This document shows positions 49,901 to 61,900 of a DNA stretch of 64,000 nucleotides, piece by piece. This DNA comes from Octopus vulgaris (Eukaryota). Position 1 is the first letter of the stretch, and each line of letters opens with the position of its first letter. Where the stretch lies: contig OX597819.1 of NCBI GenBank assembly GCA_951406725.2, forward strand, positions 28,334,001-28,398,000, given 5' to 3'. The notes beneath the pieces were generated by a model. It made no database searches and was not told where the DNA came from. It saw nothing but the letters and a program-made list of their open reading frames with translations. A program made the translations under genes and the position numbers.

Positions 49901-52900
49901 CTCAAAACAGATATCCAACTTTTCAACTTTACAAATATTTTGTCTTAATTAAAACATCTACAAATTGCTGAGTATTTTATGTCTAGAATCTGAAAAATCT
50001 AGTTTCTAAAGTTTCAAATTACAGTTAAAATACAATTAAAAAATATAATAGGATCAATAAGACTTTTTTGTTCATAGCATCAACAAATTTATTATGAGAT
50101 TACAGATGCTTACAGCATGCAGTTTACTATATTTGATACTACATAACATATGTCAACATTGCAACTATTATTGTTGTGGCAAAGTTGAAATCAACCAGTG
50201 CAGTAAGAGAAGCTGACAATTCTTTAAAAGAAATAAAGGCAAATTTGAATGAAGAACTAGTTTAAAAGTGACACATAATTAACTACTATTACTTCTAATG
50301 ACTATATCAATATATATATAATTAAAACAGGATCTTTAAGGAAGTGAGACTAAGAGAAGGAGTTATGCTACAGAAGCAATGCCATTGATAATAGTTTGCT
50401 GGGTGATGATAAGTTTTATCATGCATTTCAAAGCAAACCATACCATGGTGTACATGTACGCACAGTGACAGAGAATTTAATTTAAAAGCTGTATATTAAC
50501 AATTATCAAAAGAAAATAGTGGACAAGATACCTTTGTGCAAAAATTAAAAAACAACTTCACAGCAAATAAAAGCAACGAATATAGATTCTGTAAAGTTCC
50601 ATTTAGAAGTACACATAGGAAGAATTTATAAAATATTTTAGAGTTACTTGAGTTATAGTCTTTCAGAAGTGTGATGCTATCTTTTAGGTGGTGTTAAATG
50701 AATTTAGGGCAGGATTAGCTATCAGAAAGAAGAAGGGAAACCAACACAGAGGGAAGAATTAATTATAAACTTGTTCATAGAGAATAAAGAGTTATGGGTA
50801 AAATAGGAAGAACTAATTTATAGGTCTACATAAGTGATGTAGATATAAGAAGTAACATCAAAATATGAATAGATAGGGTAATATAATATATTTGAAAAGT
50901 AGCTCAATTTAAATTCTCAAATCAGGAATTCCTCAAGTGGAAAACTAAAAGCATTCATCTTTTATTTTTATGACTGACAATTTATAGAGTAAAACTAATG
51001 ATTATAGAATAAAGAATAAGAGAGAATAAGGAATAATGGAAATATTGATCAAGTCAAGGAAAGTATAAGAACAAATAAAGTAAATTTACAAGACAGAATA
51101 AAAATATTTAATAGAGGGAACATAAAATATGAGTTATTTCAAATATTTTGAAGGTCGGGTTAACAGATGTATTAATGTAGTGAGAAATAGCTAAACTACC
51201 ACAGCTGAGAGTGACTGAAGGTGGGTTCTCTGTAGATCTCAATGATAAACATTCAGTAGTTCAATCAACTGAATTTCTATTTGTGAATCTAACATGTAAG
51301 TGGCTGCATATTCCTTAGACATATGAACCCCTTTGCAATTCTCATGTCAGTGACAGAATTGGACATTTGAATTACAAGTATAATCCAAGAAAGAGAGAAG
51401 GGACTCCAGTACTGAAATGATACTTCATTTATCAACCTCAAAAAGATGAAAGGCAAAGCTGACCTCAGCAGAATTTGAAATCAAGGTGCAGAGACCTAAA
51501 ATGAATACTGCAGTACTCAAACAATTTGCTGCTTATAGCTTTAAATTTACAATGTATGGAATATAGAAAATATTTACTATTTCCTATTAGCTAATCCTAA
51601 AGCTTTTAAATGATTATTAAAAATAAATATAAATTTGAGAAATGTTAGTATTTTCTGAAGATGGAGGGAAAGGAGTTGAGTTATTTCTTAATAGGAATAA
51701 ATATTTTTTTCAACTACTCATATTTTGGAAATGAACAAATCCGAATGCTGAAATTGCAATTAAAAGAAATACAAAAGGTAAACACACACACGCACACAGA
51801 AAAAAAGTAAAGAAAATTTGTCACTGTACATACACGTAATTTTGCATGCAAAGATAGGATAAGCCAGGGAAAGATATATATTTATATATGTATATATAAA
51901 TAGTCAGAAACTTTGCTTTTGTTTTACCTTCTAATTGATCGCCTGAAAACATTAGAAATAACAATGGTTTGATTAAGTAAATAAAATCAAGATTTCCAGT
52001 ATTCACAGACAGGATATAATTGTTCTGCATTATTCAAAGATAACACAGTATGTTTGTGCAAAAATAAAAGCAACTTCACAGTTGCAGTGTTGGTTTATAT
52101 GAAAGACTCCAGTAATATCTTTGTATGTACAAAATAAAAACTACACAGCACAAATGATGTAACAACATTACTGTTCAACAGATTCTCTAAATATTTCAAA
52201 AAAAAAAAAATGAAAGATTCTTTTGAATATTTAAGTGGATCTATTGAAAGTTTTACTAACACATATAATTGACATGTAACTTCTTTTTAAACTCAGCAAA
52301 CATTGGTTTTTAAAAAAACAAATTTAATAGAAAATGTTCAATTCGTACACTTAGTTAATATAAGGAACAAGAAGCTGGATATGTTTAGGTATTTTTAATG
52401 TTATATTAGCTGCGCTGACAGTTTCTATGCGGACTCTTTGTAAACTACCTTGATAATGAATGACAGCAACCCAGTTATCACAGCTGGTACCTTAATGGAT
52501 AAGTTGAACAACGCCATGATGGCTACGTCGACATAGATTGAGACTTAAGATATAGCACAAGGAATAAGAAGGGATCAAGGTTCTTGGAGTTCTGTGATAC
52601 AAATGACCAAACCATTTGCAATCCTAACTTCAAGAAACAGAAAAATCACCAGACCCCATCCGAATCAAGAAAACACATAAGCTTCATATTCACCAGGAAA
52701 CAAGATAGAAAGATGATTGTGAACATTAAGCCTCTCTCTGGTGAAGTATGTTTCACTTAAGAAAGACTAGTGATTATCAACTTTACAGTAAGAATTAGAC
52801 AGAATCTGAGATTCTGAGGGAAGTTAAGACAGTCTGAAGGAAGTTATGGCAACTGAAAGATCCTTCTGCTGGATGTAGGTCTAAAGCAATTCTAGGTGAA

Positions 52901-55900
52901 GTATTTGCTAAAAAAGGAGTAGGAGACAGATCTATAGCATAAAAGACAACCAACAATCTAGCATGCCACAACCAGATCTGAGAATGAAGTGAGGTATCAG
53001 CCAAATGGAAAGTAACATGATCATGGAATGGTAGAGCAGATAGAGCCATAAAAGCTAAGAGACAGGCTTTGGAAGGTTGGAAGTGGAGAGCAGTAAACAA
53101 TATCAGGTAGTTTTAAGAGAAGCTGGAAATCACACACGTATCTTGGAGAAAAACAAAAAATAAGAAATTTGTCAAACTTCTGTGATGTGACAATCAGTGG
53201 TTTCTAGTGTTCTGGATTGTAAAGAAGTGTGTCAGGATCTGGTTGAGGAAAAGTGTGTATAGAATGACAGTGGTGCATTTATTTCACTGAAGAGAAAATG
53301 GATTTGGAAATACTACTATGAGAGGTTGCAGAATGTGGGCAATGTGTGAGAGAAAGAGAGATCACCTCAGGTATACCCGATAGCTACTGAAGTTGACAGT
53401 TACATAGTAGAAAGATTGATTAAAGATACGAAGGCAAAAAAAGCTATTGGACTATCAGGGATAGTCTTTGAGATGGGAATATCTGGTGAAGTATGACACA
53501 CACGTCACTTGCATACTCAGTCAGCTGGTACAGGAAGCGACATACTCCATGACTGGTGTAATAACATCCTCAACAACTAAAAGGACAAAAGGGGTGCTCT
53601 AGAAAGATAAGAAAATCTCAAAGAAGCATCAAATTGTTTGACCAAATTAGGAAAATAACAGAAAGAGAATTAGCTTAGATAAGATGCAGCTCATATTTGT
53701 GCCAGAATGGGGTAGGTCTGATGCTCTCTTCCCAGTGAGACAAATGAGCAGGCTACTACCAAGTATTTGTTGATCTGCAAAAGGCCTTTGACAGAATATA
53801 ATTCCCTGTACTCTGGTGATTAATAAAAAATGCAAGAGTTGGGCAAGCTATGTCGAGAGATGCCATCAGCAGCAATGTAGGAGTTGTTAATGAGTTCAGC
53901 AAAACATTTAATGTGCAATGTTTACTTGTCAGCCCTATCCTATTATTACAATTTTTCCAGGCTTTAATAGTGCTATGATACAAAAGTTTAAGGCCAGCTA
54001 TTTGTGGGAGCTCTTGTATGCCGATTACCTGTTCTCAAAACTGAATCTGAAGATTTAGAGAAGTTCCAAATGCAGAGGCAAAATCTAGCATTGAAAGGTA
54101 TTCAAATAAACCAATAAAGACCAAAGCTTTAGTCAGCAGGAAAGAAGACAGACCTCTGCTGTTATTTGGAAAGTGGCTATGCTCGATATGTACAAAAGGA
54201 ACACTATGGTGTACTCAATGAAAACTATTGAAGCATAAGATGTGTAGTAGGATCACCAAGAGGCTGACAGAGAAAAGGGGTTTCACATGCAGCAAATAAA
54301 GAGAAATGGTTAGCTGTAAGAAGTTATTTTGAATGCTCAGAAAACTCCATAAAAATAGCCGAGGTCTTGTTAACTAAGTAACCTAATTAGAAGTAAAAGA
54401 GGCTCTCAAAAACCATAGTTGCCAGAGTAAGAACAAGGAGGTAAAAGTTTAGGGAGTTAATTACCTCTGATGGCACAAAACGTTTTCTCTCTTTTATATG
54501 AAGGACAGTTGAGTGATGCTTGCATATGAAGTATGGTGTTGTATGGTAGCAAAATACAGGCCCTGTATGTAGAGGATATATGGAGACTGGAAAGAAATGA
54601 GGCGAGCATGCTTTGCTGGAAGTGTTATAAATGATGACTCAGAAATGAGTTGAGAGAAAGACTGGGTATAAGAAACATTAGATGTAAGGTGCAAAATTGC
54701 ATTGGTACAGACATGTGAGAGTTGGGTAAAGACATGCCAAGTGGTCTACATAAAGGGGAACCTGTAGAAGTGGAAAACTTAGGAAGACAGGTAGAAGCAG
54801 TGAAAGCTGATCTCAGGATGCTGAACTTCAACATCATGAAGGTGATGTACAATAGAATATATAACTTTAAGAAGATTTGAACCTTCATTTTAGATTTTAT
54901 ATTAAACAACAACTGGTGAGATGCCATGGAGAAGATCCATCCAACATATTCAAATAGGGAAAAGCAGGTGTAAAAGTGGTGAGGAGGATGATGAATCATT
55001 GAAGACTGGACTTTTAGAATTTGCTTGTGCCACATTCCAGACAAGACTTTCTATCAATTCCCTCAAAACCTTTATATATGTACAGTTATGCTTTGTGGGA
55101 TAAAAACAATATTTTCTATGTAAGTATATGTAGTAGGAGGTATTATCTCTCTTAAATTAATTTTACATAGCTTTTTATATTTTGGAAAAATTGAAATCGA
55201 AAGCCATCAAAATATCCACGTTAAATTATAACAACGTAGTCTGGTCATTAAAAACTATTTTAAAATATAGTTTATTAAAAGGAAAAAATATATTAATAGC
55301 GTTTTGGATCATTTACATGGTATATCATCATTCTTTTTCCATTGTTTAATAAAATAACACATATTTTTCCCTTCTGGGGTAGCTGTAATTGTTTGTTGTT
55401 CATAGTAAAGCTAAGGGTAGAGGTTGAAATCCAGTTACAGTATTAGTATTCTGTATTGTGTCTATTATAAGCATTTTATTTTCCCCCATCATCTGTATTA
55501 ATCTTCAATATAAGAAACAGTGAGAAGGTTATCATTATGTATTATATTCCATATTGAAGTTCTTTCCACATCCATGATCTGCAGATGTGTGCTTTGATAT
55601 ATTTTAGTGGTTGAAGAAACAACAATGTACAATAGAATATATAACTTTAAGAAGATTTGAACCTTCATTCTAGATTTTATATTGAACATTAATACTTGAT
55701 GGGAGAAAAAAAAATCCTTTTCATAAATAAAATAGACATTACTAAAACTTTAACTGGATTTGAATCTTTACATTAAATAAATAAAAACATGCATGCTGAA
55801 AGAAAAGAAAAGTGAATTAATCTATTGCAGAATGAAAAGAAGGGTGATGTGTCATGTGAACGATATAAAACTCAGTTATTCTATTAAACCAAAGGAAAAG

Positions 55901-58900
55901 AAAGATAATGTATTATGTGAATAATAGAAAACACAACATTAACGACAAGGAAGATGTTAGATCTTGTTCTGGATCAAGAATTCAAAGTACAGAGATGTTT
56001 GTTCCCATTTCTGAAAATAAACAACCTTTGGCTGTCAGTGATAGAATTTGGTTATGTGGTAGATGTTGGTTTCACCTTAACCAAGCAAAACCTCACCAGT
56101 TTGAATGAGCTCCAGTGAAAAACATGTCCAAGAAAAATTATAAAATGTGATCAGAAACTGTTAGAATCAATTTTAAAGTAGAAAGTTAGAGTGAGATAAC
56201 CAATCAGTTAAACAAAGCAAAACTATTCTGTAATGCTTTGTCAGGTGAAATGCTTGATTAATAAAGAGAAAATTAAGCAGAACAAAAACCACTTGAGAGA
56301 ACAAAATAAAAATGGAAATAGATTTTCACTGAAAATTCCCAAATATTTCTTCTATGAGTCATGGGCTGATGTGATGATTTTGTTTGAATTGTACCTCTTT
56401 AACCATTTAGCATTTAAACAGGCCGTATTTGGTCCAAATATTCTACCTGTTTTTGGTTCAAACTGGCCAAACAGCCTCTCACATCTACCCAACAATGTCA
56501 TTCTAGAAATATACAATCACATCATTGAAATCTCGAAGCTACAAGACAATGTACGATAAATTCAAAACAATGTGAATAAATAAACATTACATTTGAATGA
56601 GTAGTCTGATTGCTAAAAGGTTAAATATGAAGAATGCTGCCACATCATTGTTGTAACATTACAAACAATTCCCACTGCTGAATAATAAGCAACCAAAGCA
56701 GAGATTAAAGAACAACCAAATAAGCAAAAGCTAGAATAGACCCTCTGAAAAATATGCTTCTTTTTTACTCTTTTACTTGTTTCAGCCATTGGACTGTAGC
56801 CGTGCTGGGGTACTGTCTTGAAGGGTTCCGTCAATAAAATCAACACGAGTATTTATTGTTAAAGTCTGATAATTATTCTATCAATTTTGTTTTGCCAAAC
56901 TGCTATCTTACAAGGACATATTCTTGACAACAATGGTTGTCAAGCAGTGAGAAATAAACACAAGGATGCTCACACACATATGTGATGGACTTGCTTGCAA
57001 TTTCTGCCCACCAAATTCACCCACAGGGTCATCACAAAGCTATAGCAGAATGTACCAGCCAAAGGTGTCATATGGTAGGACTGAACCCACAATCACGGAG
57101 TTGTAAAGTGAATTCTTAAATCGCTCAGTCATTTTCTTTTGCACATGATTTATAAAAAGGAACCAAAAAACCCATTCTTCCATTTATCAGCTTTAGTAAT
57201 TAATTATAGACAATTCTTTCAAAAACAATGTTATAACAGAAGATAATAGCATAAAGCATATTTTTCTGTAACCATGGGAATAGATTCAAATATCAATAGA
57301 GTACTAGATATTAGTCAATAGAAGGTTATATAACAGGATCTATTTCTTTTGTATGTCAAACCACTCGTAAGAAATGCCACTTCTTGGCATTCAGAAAAGA
57401 CTTCTTTAAGTTAACAGGCTCATAAACCAAGAGCTTATCAGGCTTTTTGAGGTGTTTACATGACTGAAGGCACAAAATTACTCTTCTGAATGGGAAGCCA
57501 GTCTGTCTATTGGGGGATTAACTCCCAAGTTGCCACAGGTACTCATTCTCAGCTGGGTGGACTGTGAAATAAAGAGCCTTAGTTAAGGACACAATGGACT
57601 GTCTTGTCAAAGAATCAAGTTTGTGAGCTGAACATGTTAATCACTAAGCCATGTTTCTTTACCAACAAAGGAAAGAAAAATACAAAACAAAAACAATACA
57701 AATAAGAGCACTCAGAGAGCACAAACTTCCACCAAGGCAACACCAACATCCTCCCAAAGATTAGCTGGAGATGATTTTCAAAATGAGAATATCTGAAATA
57801 AACTTGACTGCTCTCACAAACGAGAATACTAAAAATGAATCCGACTGCTCTCAAAAATTAAGTAAAGTATATAAAAAAAAAAAGGAAAAATAATCCAGAA
57901 TCCTTGGTACCAGATTGATCTCAAAATCTGACCAATTTGTGCCAGTTATGAGGCCAAACATCTTTGCAAGTTTCATCTGAATCCATCCGATGGTTCTTGA
58001 GATATCTTGTCCATGGACAACCTAACAACTACAGCTGAAAGCTATACCTCTGCCTTCACTAAGGGGGAGGTAATAATTTCTGTTCTTTCAATCACATTTA
58101 CCAAAATTCAAATATTTCAAATACTGTATTTTTAATAATCAAATAGTTTCAAAGCAAAAATCATCTAAATAAATTAATTTCGCTTAGATAATGAAGCTAG
58201 CCACTGCAAAGATAGGTTTGGATGAATAAAGATCTCTAAAACTGAGACTTCCAATCCCAATAGACGTTAGCCTATAGCCTGACTGAAAATGATAACAAAT
58301 ACCTTAGAGTTTGCATAGTATATTCTATCAAATGTATGAAATATAGTAAATTCTACACACATAGTACCTTCAGACCATTCATACACAAGCATTAGAGAGT
58401 AATGTATATGGTAATACAAGAACTTGGAAGCTTCAGTTGTTGAAGATTGTCTAAACAGTTGCTAGAGTATGGCAGTAAGATTTTCAAACAAAATCTATTT
58501 CTTTGCTAAAATGTGTTTCTTAGAATATTGCCATTATTTTGATGTTGCTTAATGTTACCATAAAATTCTGAATTTTTTAGTTTACCATTATGGCTTGCTA
58601 ATGAAGAAATATTTCATAGGCACTTTGTGACAAAGTGTTTCAAATCACAGGTTATAAACAGAACTATTAAATCATGAAAAGTCATGAGAAAAGATTGACT
58701 CAATGTAATCTATTTCACTTGCTTCATATTGAAATAATATTCAACATCCTTAAATTTATATAGATTTTAATATTTCATAAGGCAAAATCTAAAATGAAGG
58801 AAAACATTACATTCAAACGTTTTTGCATTTAAAAAATAATTTTTGAAGGAAAATTAATTTAATTTGACATACCTGCTTTTAGTTGTGGTGAACCATATGC

Positions 58901-61900
58901 ATAAGTTGGGTTAGGTCTGTAATAAAATGAAGAGATATACAGTATACTATCATAAGTTGCATTGGTGTTTGTTCATTTGGTTTACATCTTTTTTTTTTAT
59001 ACTAGCATGGGTTGGTAAAATATGAGACATTGTTTTATAATTAGATGCCCTTCCCATTAAAAACAAGTAATGGACTTTATTATACCGCTAGTTTTTGAAA
59101 GCTACGTCAACTAGTTTGTCAGGAATATCAACAAAAATCATCATTTTTTTTCAGCAGAACACTTTCATGCAAAGATGCAGAATGTAAACACCTATTCAGA
59201 TATATATGTGTACACACACATGTACATTCATATATATATGTGTGTGGGGGTGGTGGGATCACTTGATAACAATGTAACCTTTGATTGACTAAGGTATCTT
59301 TGGCCTGATGAGTAGCTAACAGAATACCCTTCGTTGAGTAACTATTATTTCTGAAGTTCTGCTAGCTAAAAAACATATGTAACTTGGATTTTATCTACTC
59401 AGTTCCCTAAATTTTGATATGTATGTATGTGAAGGCACATGGCTCAGTGGTTAGAGCATGGAGCTTACAATCGTGAGGTTGTGAGTTCGATTCCCGGACC
59501 GGGCAGCGTGTTGTGTTCTTGAGCAAGACACTTTATTTCACGTTGCTCCAGTTCACTCAGCTGTAGAAATGAGCTTTGACATCGCTGGTGCCAAGCTGTA
59601 TCAGCCTTTGCCTTGGATGACATCAATGGTGTGGAGAGGGGAGGCTGGTATGCATGGGTGACTGCTCGCTCTCCATAAACAACCTTGCCCGGACATGTGC
59701 CCCAAAGGGTAACTTTCTAAGTGCAATTTCATGGTCATTCATGACCGAAGGGGGAGGGGGTCTCACGTATGTATGTATGTATTTACACACACACAAGCTT
59801 CTATATAGCTTCCATTTACCAGTTCCATTCACAAAGGTGTTGGTTGGCCTGAAGCTACAATAGAAGACACATGCCCAAGGTTTCCTGCAGTGAGATAGAA
59901 CTCAAGATCATAATCATCGTTTAACGTCCGCTTTCCATGCTAGCATGGGTTGGACGGTTCAACTGGGGTCTGGGAAGCCAGAAGGCTGCACGAGGCGCAG
60001 TCTGATCTGGCAGTGTTTCTACAGCCGGATGCCCTTCCTAACGCCAACCACTCTGTGAGTGTAGTGGGTGCTTTTTACATGCCACTGGCACAGGTGCCAG
60101 GGGAGGCTGGCAGCAGCCACGGTCGGTTGGTGCTTTTTACGTGCCACCAGCACAGAAGCCAGTCAAGGCGGCGTTAACATCGGCCACATTTGGATGGTGC
60201 TTTTTACGTGCCACCGGCATATTAATCATCATCATCATCATTTAATATCCGTCTTCCATGTATGCATGGGTAGCACGGTTGACAGGAGCTGGCCAGGTAG
60301 AAGACAACCCCAGGCTTCTGTGTCTGTTTTGGTAGGGTTTTTATGGCAGACGCCCTTCCTAACACATGGTTATTTTTTGGGTTGTTTGTATGTATGTGTG
60401 TGTTTCTCTATGTCTTTCAACATATAGACAATGCAACACAGACCTTAAAAATAACTTTCACTTTGAACAATTTATGAAGGTATGTGCATGTTTAACACAT
60501 ATTTTTACGAGCTGCATAGTGGCGGGTAATGACTTAATGAGAATAAAAAGCATAGTCAAGTTTGGAAGTAAAGTCAGAATATAAGATACCTACTGTATTT
60601 GATGGCATAAAAGATGCACAGGCTTATTTGACATACTGGAATTTCAACAGAGCATATTTAGGGGACAAAATGCTTACGGGATGCTGAAATTTTGCATATA
60701 GGATCTAGGGCGATTTTTTTGAAACTTTTTTTTTGAAAAAAGTGCATCTTGTATGCTATCAAATATGGTAATTAAATATCACAAAGCATTTTATCTGCCA
60801 ATGATAAAATTTTAAAACACCCCTCAAATGATAACAAATAAAAATATGGAAAGTAAAAGAAAATAAAATGTACTTGAAACAATTTTCATCATATATACTG
60901 TTCCAGATACGATGAGGTGAATGTCCTCTATAACCGGTGTATTTTTCAGGATTCAGTAGCAAATCAACATATTCCATTTCTGATGATAATTCATCTACCA
61001 TAAAAAAAATAAAATAAAAAATTTTTTTTTATGAAAGCAATATGATGATTAAATAATGTTTAAAGCATGTTATGAAAAGAAAAGAGAAAACTAATTATAA
61101 TAATTGAACATAAATTAGAATAATTACCATCAATTTCACAAAATGTCATCTGTGCATCATCAAATGCAGACCAACTCTGGAAAGCTTGTTTACTTTCATC
61201 ACTGAAATTGTATGAAACAGTCAATCAAAAAGAATAAAAACAGAGAAAAGAAAGAGGATTGGGAGAGAAAGAGAAAGAAAACAAAGAAACATAAAGATAG
61301 CAATGTTTATAATATAATTATTTCTATACGCTGTTATTGCTGTTTAGCCTAGTATTCAAACAAACCTAAAATCAAAGATATTCTATCTATAACCATCCTG
61401 TTTATTCCAAATAAAATTTATCTAGAGTCACATTATCAAATGTGTCCTTCCTTGTTTAAGAAAATGAGAATTAATTTGAGGGATATTTGGCTGCTATTCC
61501 TTGCAGAGCAAGTGATGACATGCAAAACATTTGTTTTTCCTTTTATACTAGTGTTTGTCTTTGATGACACAATATAAAAATTTAGTCCTACAAAATTACT
61601 CTGATCCCATTCTGTGGTATTACTTTACCCAGCTGTTATCTGACCAGTTACACACAGTATGATTGAACTGGAAACCAACTGGTTGTGAAGTGAACTTCTT
61701 AACCATGCAACCACTAAAACAATAATAAAATCCATATACACCATTGAAGATATGTGGCGTAGTGATTAGAGTGTTGCACATATGATTGCAAGATTACATT
61801 CTGAGTTCAAATTCTGCCGCGGTCGACTTTGCCTTTCATCCTTTTGGGTCGATGTAATTGACTTAATCCGTGTGTCTGTCCTTGTTTGTCCCCTCTGTGT

